Of a DNA stretch of 64,000 nt, positions 13,801 to 23,116 are shown in pieces. Below the pieces are notes generated by a model, which saw only the letters and a list, made by a program, of their open reading frames with translations, did not search any database and was not told where the DNA came from. The translations under genes were made by a program, and so were the position numbers. Each line of letters opens with the position of its first letter. Position 1 is the first letter of the stretch. The DNA comes from Macrostomum lignano (Eukaryota): contig NIVC01002286.1 of assembly GCA_002269645.1 (NCBI GenBank), positions 122,820-186,819 of the forward strand. Reading direction: 5' to 3'.

Positions 13801-16800
13801 CAGCTCGGCCGCAGGGACTCTGCCGCCCGGCGCCGTCCTCACTGCCGAACCGGCCGGCATTGCGCTGAGGGTGAGCGGCTCATCTCTTCTCAGCACTCCT
13901 CTCTTCTCAGCACTCCTCTCTTCTCAGCACTCCTCTCTTCTCAGCACTCCTCTCTTCTCAGCACTCCTCTCTTCTCAGCACTCCTCTCTTCTCAGCACTC
14001 CTCTCTTCTCAGCACTCCTCTCTTCTCAGCACTCCTCTCTTCTCAGCACTCCTCTCTTCTCAGCACTCCTCTCTTCTCAGCACTCCTCTCTTCTCAGCAC
14101 TCCTCTCTTCTCAGCACTCCTCTCTTCTCAGCACTCCTCTCTTCTCAGCACTCCTCTCTTCTCAGCACTCCTCTCTTCTCAGCACTCCTCTCTTCTCAGC
14201 ACTCCTCTCTTCTCAGCACTCCTCTCTTCTCAGCACTCCTCTCTTCTCAGCACTCCTCTCTTCTCAGCACTCCTCTCTTCTCAGCACTCCTCTCTTCTCA
14301 GCACTCCTCTCTTCTCAGCACTCCTCTCTTCTCAGCACTCCTCTCTTCTCAGCACTCCTCTCTTCTCAGCACTCCTCTCTTCTCAGCACTCCTCTCTTCT
14401 CAGCACTCCTCTCTTCTCAGCACTCCTCTTTGCCTCTCTTCTTCCTCCTCCCTCTCTCCTCCCGTCTCTCCCTCTCTCCCTCTCCATCTCTCTATCTCTC
14501 CCCTCTCTCCCTCTCCCTCTCCTTCACTTCCTCTCCCTCTCTCCCTCTCCTCCTCTCCCCTCTCCTCCTCTCCCTCTCTTCCTCTCTCCCTTTCTCCTTC
14601 ATTCTATCCTTCTCCCTCTCTCTGCCTCTCTCCCTCTCTCTCCCTCCCTCTCTCTCTCCATCTCCCTCTCCCTTTCTCGATTTCCCTTCCTCAAATTGTC
14701 CCGGTGACTGGATTCGGTGGCTATTAGGCTCACACTTAACCTGTCACTGTGCGAGTTTACAGTGCCAACGGCGGCGCGCGCACACAGTGCATTAATAATT
14801 AGCAGAGAGTTCATCACGGAGCACAAAATCTGAAATGAATTCCAATTGCAGCGCAAGGCTCGCCAAAGTTCGATCTCGGCCTTCGTCACGCTTAGAAAGG
14901 TCTGACAGTCAGTAGGCATTTGCTGCTTATTAACTAATCAGTAACTCGGTAATGATGATTGCTTCTTGTGCCTCTGCTCGGATTGCCAATACTGGATTTC
15001 TAGTCCGGAATGTACTTTACACTTTTTTTATTAAGTGTTCGCAGCTTCAGTTCTCACATGCAGCAGCTTCATCTCTGCCATGTAAATGCTTGCCTGCTCT
15101 ATAGCTGTCGCAGAGGTAGATTAGAAAGCCTTCTACGCTCGTAAATCACTAAAGGGCCCTGGACTCGAGTCAGTTCTTCGTCCTGAGGCTCGGATTCAAT
15201 TAATTTAATTACATTTCTTTGCAGACTCCTTAAGCCTGCCTCCGGCTTCCAGCTGTTTCTGAGACTTAGTAGTAAGAGGCTTCGCTCTGATTCTCGATTA
15301 AAAAACTCATCCATCCGGCTTTCCCAGGTAAAATATCACAGAAACCCCAGTTAGCCGCAATGCAGGCCTGTGGCTTGCACCGCAATTGGCGCTCATGCGA
15401 GCCAAACCCTCCAGACACAAAGAAGGCCCAGCTCCTGTTTACTTGTCTGATAATGTACATATAGATAAGAAAATCGGGGCAGATGTACATTTATACCCCA
15501 ACCCCCCTAATATGAGTACATCCTAGGGTGAGCGGAATGGGCTTTCTTTTTTTCCAGACAGTCTCGCGTACTCAGATAACGTATTTTATCTAGACTACAT
15601 GTACATGCATTCACGCTAATTTTAACGACGTTTTTGGCACGAATTTAAACTGCTAAGCCAGGGGTTGGCAAACTCTTTATCTCCAGTAGAGAGTAGAAAA
15701 TAGAGGAGAGAGGAGTAAGGAGAGGAAAGAGGAAAAAAGAGAGGAGAGGAGAGAGGAGAGGAGAGAGGAGAGAGGAGAGGAGAGAGAAGAGGAGAGAACA
15801 TCGGAGATAAGAGAGAATAGGGCAGAGAGAAGAGGGGGGAGAGGAGATTAAACCTTGAGCGGGCCGGTTGCTATTGTGAAGTTTCAAAGGACCCGAGGGC
15901 CGGATAGAGAGCCTTGGCGCTTACCGAGTTTGCTGACCCCTGTACTAAAGCCTTTAGTAGTGAAAACTGTTTTACCCAAAAGAAAATGATTTATTCGTAC
16001 GATTGTCTCTGTTTTTTACCAATGAAAAAGAATATAAACGTCACTCAATTCTCTAGGCGAATTATCACATAAAAACGGTATAAATTCTGAAAATCTAAAA
16101 TTTCCGGCTTTAAGACTGCCTTAATTACCAATACTAATCTTTACCCTAACAATAATATACACATGCACACTGTATAAAACGACAGTTTTTAGCACGAATT
16201 CAAATCCCAAACCCTTTAGCTGATGAAAGTCACTTTTAAAGATCAAAATCGAAGAATTTTGCGATTAGCAGATAATCCGACTTTATCGCCACGGTCTTGC
16301 ATGCCTCTGACTCGAACTGATGCTTCGGCTAAAAGTTTGAAAAACTGCAGCAGGCTGAGAGACCGGAGCCTGGCTTGCTCTGCTCTGCCCCACCTCTAGT
16401 CCGTGTGAACCAATTCTTTCGTATAGCTTCGCCTCTTGCAATTTTTGGACTAACCGCGAGAGATTTCTACAGTCAAACTCCTATATTTCTACTACCAGTA
16501 GCTGATCTCTCACACTCGAATTTCCAGGAAAAGGACAAGGAGCCCAAGTCCCGCCGGCCGTCCATGTTCGAAATGTTCCGACGCCAGCGCGACCAGCCGA
16601 CGCCGCCGCCGCCTCAGCCGGTGCTCAGCGAGGACCCCGCCGACTCCGTCGTTGAGCCGGCGGCCTCCCCGATGACTCCGACGGTGCAGCTGCCCGATGC
16701 TGACGGCCTGGAGGCCATCGGCCGGCTGCAGGCTCTTGTCTCAGCCATGACCGCCGCCCTGCTGTCTGAGCGGTCCCGCCTGGCCGGCCGGGTGCAGACG

Positions 16801-17501
16801 GAGGCGGAGCTGCGCCAGGAGGTGCTCAGTCTGAAGAGCTCGCGGGAGCACGAGGCCTACCGGAGCCAGGACTGCATCTTGGAGACTGTGAGGCCTGATT
16901 TCTCCCATCTTTTATCTCCCAAGTACATTCTCTCATCTTTCAGCAGCATCTCATTTCTTCCATCTCAACATCTCACATCTCTCACACCTCCCATCTCCCT
17001 TCTCCCATTTCTCATCTACAACCTTCTATCTCTCATTATCTCATCTCCCATCATCCCACCACCTATCATCCCATCTCCCATCATCTCATCTCCCATCATC
17101 TCATCTCCCATGATCCCATCTCCCATCATCCCAGTATCCCATCTCTCCTCTCCTTGCAGCTCCCCAATCATGACTAGCCATCCCTTCCGCGCCCCCAGAT
17201 TCGGCTGCAGCGGGCCCAGCTGGATCAGGAGCGCGCCAAATTCCGCGACGAGAGGCGTCGGGAGACCGCCAAGATTGATGTCCGGCGCGAGGACGCGGAC
17301 AGGCGGGAGGAGAAGCTGCGCCTTCGCGAGGAGGAGCTCGAGCATGCGGAGGCCAGGCTCGATGAGGAGCGGCAGTTGTTGGCGCTGAAGGCGGAGCAGC
17401 TGCGGGCCCAGCAGAGTCAGCAGGAGGCAACCCAAAGCGGCGCACTTTCGCTGAAGTCTCGGGCGACTGCGGCAAAACGCAACGGGGAGACGCTGGAGTA
17501 G
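1838..17501 (+). CDS. Lbc-family (ARHGEF18/ARHGEF2/ARHGEF28/AKAP13-like) DH-PH Rho guanine nucleotide exchange factor, ~883 aa in 7 predicted exons
   Basis: Exons with GT-AG borders and compatible phases: 1838-2031 (tentative; upstream exons may exist), 10463-10724, 11394-11789, 12195-12770, 13310-13870, 16528-16887, 17199-17501 (TAG). The DH start SWANAQEKKLLKQCGEKLVRRCNFVYELVSTEINHLRNI resembles the Lbc-family SW...VIYEL.QTE.HH.RTL. Also present: the DH motif VTQRLSKYKTLL, a PH-like exon ending EDRDKWLRLINK, and a C-terminal E/R-rich coiled coil typical of this family. Confidence 0.85.
2566..4663. repeat. 2.1-kb GA-rich polypurine satellite built from 18- and 20-bp variants (GAGAGGAGAGGGAGACAA / GAGAGAGGAGAGGGAGCCA) in RhoGEF intron 1
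   Basis: Direct reading; the long L/S/P and R/E/G ORFs on both strands are repeat artefacts. Confidence 0.95.
5547..6800. repeat. 54-bp minisatellite, ~23 copies, intronic
   Basis: 18-aa periodicity (ADMLRSKLNKGCIDLAES) in ORF 5550-6851. Confidence 0.95.
7232..8037. repeat. 16/32-bp composite minisatellite (CACACAGTGTCTGACC / CAGAATGAATCTGACC), intronic
   Basis: Direct reading. Confidence 0.9.
8775..9180. repeat. 24-bp minisatellite (CATGAACTCACTCAGTGACTCATT), ~17 copies
   Basis: Direct reading; 8-aa periodic ORFs on both strands. Confidence 0.95.
9797..10371. repeat. 11-bp tandem repeat (TATCCGCTCAC) upstream of RhoGEF exon 2
   Basis: Direct reading. Confidence 0.9.
10767..11330. repeat. 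11/22-bp tandem repeat (CTATCCGCTCT/CCATCCGCTCT) in RhoGEF intron 2
   Basis: Direct reading; same ATCCGCTC core as the 9797-10371 array. Confidence 0.9.
11846..12110. repeat. 10-bp degenerate tandem repeat (TTGAGTCGAT/TTGAGTTGGT) in RhoGEF intron 3
   Basis: Direct reading. Confidence 0.85.
12855..13237. repeat. 20-bp tandem repeat (TGATTCCTGGTTGATCCCGG) in RhoGEF intron 4
   Basis: Direct reading. Confidence 0.85.
13884..14680. repeat. 17-bp tandem repeat (CAGCACTCCTCTCTTCT, ~32 copies) followed by a CT-only tract, RhoGEF intron 5
   Basis: Direct reading; begins about 13 nt after the GTGAGC donor at 13871. Confidence 0.95.
15659..15942. mobile_element. Old hAT-type MITE
   Basis: TIRs CAGGGGTTGGCAAACTC / GAGTTTGCTGACCCCTG. 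The 8-bp flanks TGCTAAGC and TACTAAAG match at only 5/8 (decayed TSD). GA-rich interior, no ORF. Confidence 0.6.
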
Positions 17502-17561
17502 GGATGTGTGCGGTTTGGGATCCCAGTGCCGCACATTAACTAGTTGGATTTCCTTTGTATT

Positions 17562-18190
17562 GAGATGGTTGGGTTTGGTAGGCGCCAAGATGGTCTGGGA
17601 AGCGCCAAGATGGTTTGGTAGGCGCCAAGATGGTCTGGGAAGCGCCAAGATGGTTTGGTAGGCGCCAAGATGGTTTGGTAGGCGCCAAGATGGTTTGGTA
17701 GGCGCCAAGATGGTTTGGTAGGCGCCAAGATGGTTTGGTAGGCGCCAAGATGGTTTGGTAGGCGCCAAGATGGTTTGGTAGGCGCCAAGATGGTTTGATA
17801 GGCGCCAAGATGGTTTGGTAGGCGCCAAGATGGTTTGGTAGGCGCCAAGATGGTTTGATAGGCGCCAAGATGGTTTGGTAGGCGCCAAGATGGTCTGGGA
17901 AGCGCCAAGATGGTTTGGTAGGCGCCAAGATGGTTTGGTAGGCGCCAAGATGGTTTGGTAGGCGCCAAGATGGTTTGGTAGGCGCCAAGATGGTTTGGTA
18001 GGCGCCAAGATGGTTTGGTAGGCGCCAAGATGGTTTGGTAGGCGCCAAGATGGTTTGATAGGCGCCAAGATGGTTTGGTAGGCGCCAAGATGGTTTGGTA
18101 GGCGCCAAGATGGTTTGATAGGCGCCAAGATGGTTTGGTAGGCGCCAAGATGGTTTGGTAGGCGCCAAGATGGTTTGGTAGGCGCCAAGA
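17562..18190. repeat. 20-bp tandem repeat (GGCGCCAAGATGGTTTGGTA), ~31 copies, just downstream of the RhoGEF stop
   Basis: Direct reading. Confidence 0.95.
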
Positions 18191-19836
18191 TAAACGCGGT
18201 ACTGGCTGGTTGGTCCCGTCTTTCCTTCAACTTTCTGATCCACAAACGAAATTGAATTGCCCAGTTTTCTCACAGCTACACTGATTTTCATCGATTCAAC
18301 TGATGCATAAATAAGCAATTGAATATTTTGTTATAATCTGAAGTACGTTTATTCATTTTAAGCATAATTTTCCCTGTATACTTACTGACCGACAACGCGG
18401 AGTAGTGGGTTACGAGAGTGTACACTAAATGTCGCGGTCTTCAGTGAATTTTATATATTGGCTGCACTTTTTCCGGAATTAAAAAATACTGTCGTTTCCC
18501 GCGACTTGCTCATCGGCCAACCGCTGTCGCTATAGATAGTCTTTATTGCTATCCGATTTGTGCTGCTGTGCCATTGTCGTCCCATGAGTTCTGGAGGACA
18601 GAGAGCTGATCATCATTCGACTTGCATAAAAATGCTTAATTCTGGAGTTATAAAAAAATAATTTTTAACGCGCACTGCATGGTGATTCGAGAGTTTTTTC
18701 CATCATAAAAGTGCTGTGCTTTGAATGCAACTTTCGCGATTAGTCGGTCTGAAAGTTCAATATTTGCAATACATGTACATATGTATGTGCATGGGCGCCA
18801 TATCTGACATTCAGAACTTTCCTAGATAACAAAAGCTCTTTGTTTATCTTCTCTTGCGTGACACGTCCGGTCGTAATGTTTTTGTTATAAATGGTTTGGG
18901 AAAATTTTCGGTTTTATCTGTCTTTTATTCGAATATTTCCCGGATATCACAATTCAGCTTCAATATTTTTCAGTTGCGCTATTTTGTCCCAATTTTTTTG
19001 TTTTGAGTGCATGCCTCATATGCAATATCAGATCTCAACTCTCTGACTGGCTATAGCTATAGTAATGACAACATTTACATTTACTATACATGAATCTGGG
19101 ACCATCTAAAAAGTAAAAGAAATACACGATGTTTCCTGGAAATTATCGAAGGCTTACGCTTTCCGAACAATTAACATACAGTAGGTTACTAAAAAAGGTT
19201 TAGAAAGGTTTGTTGTTTATTAATTTTTCTTTAGAAACATCAAAGCAGTCATGCATGTAATAACTACATGACAGGCAACTTGCATTGTGTTTCGCCCCGA
19301 AATGTGATTGCTAAACCGTAACACCGGTCTAACGCGGCGCTCTGCTGTACCAGTGTCCCAGAGGCTCGATTCCGAGTGTAGTCACCAAGGACCGTAACTT
19401 CTAGTGGTCCTTCGAAGTCACATTAATTATCTGAGGCTAAATTAGAATCTCGGCTTGGGTCTGCTCGTGTGTACATGCCTAAACGATAAGCCAGCAGGGC
19501 CTGCTATATGCAGCCTATTTTAGAATTGAGCAGCAAAGAGGAACTGTACTGTACGTAGTTGATCGAGATGGCTAAGGGCTGCGCCACCACGGGGGTATAA
19601 TTAAAATGGCATGTTAAGTCTAGCAGCCACATATGCCCATGCAAGCTAGCACAATTGCAAACATAAGATAAATCAATTCACTGTATTCTACGAGCGTTTG
19701 AATGAGTGCATGATTTGCCAGCCTTTTAACATGCATTATATTTTTACAAAGTGAATGTGCATGTACCAGTAACAGCAGTGTGGGCACCTACATATGTTCA
19801 GGTATACATATTAGGGGAGGGACAGAGTCTGACTCC

Positions 19837-20133
19837 ACTACGTAGGACGCAGATTGTTGTTGATTTTCAGATGTTTTGACGCAAAAAACGCAAATTATAC
19901 TACTATCTGAAAAATGAAGTAAGTAGTATACAAAAACGCTATCCTAAGCGTGATATGGCAATATGTAGTCGTCTCGTAATAATCCATGTGCTCATATTAA
20001 TTCCATGTACATTAATCCCTATCTATCTCAAATTGGATATGTACATTAATTCCATGTACATTAATCCCTATCCCAAATTGTCTATCCCCAATTCTATATG
20101 TACACTCACATTAATCTACAGTGTCATCCCCAG
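19837..20133 (+). repeat. Left terminal inverted repeat (297 bp core) of the pPolB element
   Basis: Reverse complement of 33384-33682; both 19955-20263 (+) and 33320-33562 (-) translate as MAICSRLVIIHVLILIPCTLIPIYLK. Confidence 0.95.
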
Positions 20134-21239
20134 CGTGCGCGCACCAAAATTACAACTCGAAACCCTACTACATGTACAATCTCATCCAAATGAGTCAACT
20201 AATTGTATAGCTCACAACGTAAATGTATATTTCCAATGTACATTCTCAGACAGATTTGAATAATACTGGTCGGAGTCTATATGTACATCGATAGCCTCTA
20301 TACTCATATCCGCTACATACCCCAAAAATTAGGTTATGTACATTTTCACCCTCGGAGACTGTAGGTTTGAATATGTTGATAATTTATTCGAAATCACTTA
20401 TAAAATACACATACTTTCATATAGAGGTGGGCCTGTACAAACTCTCGCCAAGCGATGGGGTGGAGGTTGCGTCATCCAAGCCTCTCCCCAAGTCAGACCC
20501 CCAAATGCAGGACTGTGTTAAAGCAGTGCTTTTTATTTCTATATTGACAGTGTGGATGATACAAGACCTTTAATTGGTAATTATCAACTGCTACTGCTTT
20601 ACGGTATATCCTCACCCCTCGAAGCCCCTATACTGAATGTTGAATCACCCTTTAACTCGGACCATAGTCAAATTCAACCCTGTTCGAAAACAGCCACCCC
20701 TCCGATGTTTACCAGACACAGCGCAGACCCCATAACAAATCGAGCTAAATTTTAACACTCGCCCCTGTTCTCTCTGCCCCCCCCCTTCTAAATTCCAAGG
20801 AATTTCGACCCTCTCTCCATTTTCAGTGTACAGACAGATCTTTCCACAGCACAGACCCTATATTAAACTTCAAAACCCCTCTTCTCCGATTACGTCATCC
20901 ATGCCGCCCCAGATAGCAAGAAACCAACTTTTAATGCACACATCAACCCCACGAATCTGAACAAATCCGAGTCTGCCAACCTCTACCTGCATTGACAAAC
21001 CCCAGCTGCATTTGTAAATGTACACAGCCTATGAATCAGTGTCTCCACCGCATGCAATTCTGATTTACTTGATTCTAAACTTTGTAAATTGTATAAGTCA
21101 CCCTTGCGTTATACTAGAAGTAGTGAAGTCCACATATTTAAATACGTGAGGCTATTCAATTCTGCCTCTCCGCCTCCCCTACCTTCTCACTTCAAGCTTT
21201 CAGACTTGGTCTTTGAGACGGTCGGTTTAATCTGTTAGA

Positions 21240-21960
21240 AGCAGGAATGAATCATGCACTGACCTCTCCATACAAAGTAAAGTTTGAATTTCAAACAAGA
21301 AATTTGGTTATTTGGAAAGCTAAATGACTAGAAATGTGCATTTTTTCATTAAAATACAATTTTTCACAATTTTTATGCATTTTTACGTTAAAATGCAGAC
21401 TTTGTTGATAAAAATCACTAGTTTCATCACTAGAAACCATACTTTCAACAGCTAATTTGTCCAAATGGCGCTTTCAACTTGACTTTAGACAGCTTTTAAG
21501 CAGGAATGAACCCCACACAATCATCCACAAGCCAGCCCAAAATCATCCAAAGACATGGCTATTGAAGCCTAAATTGCTAGAAATGAGCATTTTTCATAAG
21601 AAAATACAATTTTTCACCATTTTTTCTGCATTTTTACGTTAAAATGCAGACTTTATTGATCAAAATCAGTAGTTTCATCGCTGGAAACCATAATTTCAAC
21701 AGCTAATGTGTCCAATGTCGTTTTCAACTTGACCTTAGACAGCTTCGAAGCAGGAACGAATCGCACACAAACATCCACAAGCCAGCCCAGAATCAACCAA
21801 AGACGGCTATTGAAGCCTAAACTGCTATAGAAATGAGCATTTTTTCATAAGAAAATACAATTTTTCACAGTTTTTACTCTTTTTAACGTTAAAATGCAGA
21901 CTTATTGGACAAAATCAATCACTTCATAAGCAGAAACCATAATTTTTACAACTTAATCGT
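21240..21960. repeat. Degenerate ~250-bp tandem triplication inside the left arm of the element
   Basis: GCAGGAA(T/C)GAA recurs at 21241, 21500 and 21750; AAATGCAGACTT recurs with the same spacing. Confidence 0.8.
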
Positions 21961-22731
21961 CAAACTGCTGTTTCATCATTCAAATGTGTGTATTTGGTAC
22001 CCATCAAGAAGTCAGGGAAGGGATTATTCTATTGGGTAAAAACGTACAGTTTGGTATAAAACTAGCTATAATAATTTTAACATATACAGTCGGTGAAGCG
22101 GCCGGTTGATTTCAATTGACATTAAACTGTCTCCCACACCTCTCTCTCCTTCTACACCCACTGAGAAAAGTGGCTTATGAGGCAATCAGTTTGACAAGTT
22201 TACTATATACTGAAATTGGCAAAACACCCAACACCCAAGGCTTTGCACACAAGCCGTATTTTCCCTGATTATTAAATCGATACAGCTACAGCGATTTTTG
22301 ACAACCATTTTCTCACAGAGGCAGATAGGCACTGAATAACTGCAGAAGTTCTCTTTCATATTCTTCATCTCCAGTTAGCTATTATAAGTCGCCAAGATAT
22401 TGTCTTCTGAATAAACACCGCTATCTATCCGATTCAAGTCGAAAAGACATGCTGCAAGAGGAAGCGGTCATCTTTATAGTCATCTTTATATAAGAGACTG
22501 TACTCTGTAGCAATTTTCACTCCTGCAAGAGTGCTGGTTGGGTGGATCCGCTCAGATCCAATAAAAACCGCATGAGAAAGGAATTGGTGGGGTAATTTTG
22601 ACCCCAACTTTTCTATACCAAATGTGGAACCGAGTGTACAATTGTACACTAATCTAGAAAATATAGACCCGGGAAAGAAAATCACGCACACTAATTCTCG
22701 TGCCCCTACCCCACCCTCCCTCTTGCGGGGG

Positions 22732-22739
22732 TATATAAA
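22732..22739 (+). promoter_or_regulatory. TATA box (TATATAAAG) upstream of pPolB exon 1
   Basis: Consensus match about 205 nt upstream of ATG 22943; the promoter role is inferred. Confidence 0.55.
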
Positions 22740-22942
22740 GCGAGTGAGAGCTGCTGCAGCCGCATCAGCAGAAACAGCAGCACAGCTAGCAGCAGAAGAA
22801 GCAACAACCGCAGAAGTCACAACAGCAACAGCAAACGGCAGCAGCATCAGAAACCGCAAGCATCTCCAATCACAGCCGCTTCCGCAGCATCAGCAGCATC
22901 AACCACAATCACAGCAGCAGCAGCAGCATCAGCAGCATCACA

Positions 22943-23046
22943 ATGGCATCGAAGCGTTCAGCCGCTGAAGCCGCCATTTCAGCCTTGTGGGGGCAGGCCG
23001 GCCCCTCACAACAGCAGCAGCAGCAGCAACAGCAACAACAGCATCA
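22943..23046 (+). CDS. pPolB exon 1, 5' part (MASKRSAAEAAISALWGQAGPS-polyQ), interrupted by the LINE
   Basis: Removing the LINE and one TSD joins it to 27508-27539 (QPPAAKRGRQL-G), followed by a GTGAGT donor at 27540 whose phase 1 matches the acceptor at 28837. Confidence 0.7.
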
Positions 23047-23116
23047 CTCGTCCTACACTCTGGGGGCCTCTTCGCGGCGGATGAGAGTTCCTAATTTGGA
23101 TACGAACACCCGGAGT
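23047..23116 (+). ncRNA. HDV-like (double pseudoknot) self-cleaving ribozyme at the LINE 5' end
   Basis: P1 CUCGUCC/GGAUGAG; P2 ACUCUGGG/CCCGGAGU; P3 GCC/GGC with L3 UCUUCGC; P1.1 CU/AG; P4 UCC-UAAUUU-GGA; J4/2 UACGAA with the putative catalytic C at 23103. P1 starts exactly at the first base after the TSD. Confidence 0.85.

Noticed and set aside
18380-18445. Hairpin-like GACCG...CGGTC segment as a tRNA or SINE
   Set aside because: No cloverleaf and no convincing A/B boxes by eye; no tRNA or rRNA gene was recognised anywhere in the window.
22434-22968. 141-aa (-) and 114-aa (+) ORFs upstream of pPolB as accessory genes
   Set aside because: They overlap the CAG/GCA-rich putative 5' UTR and TATA region; low complexity, no recognisable domain.
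22943-23080. Treating the full 1507-aa ORF as the native LINE protein
   Set aside because: The TSD and ribozyme place the LINE 5' end at 23047; the first 34 codons belong to the pPolB exon it interrupted.
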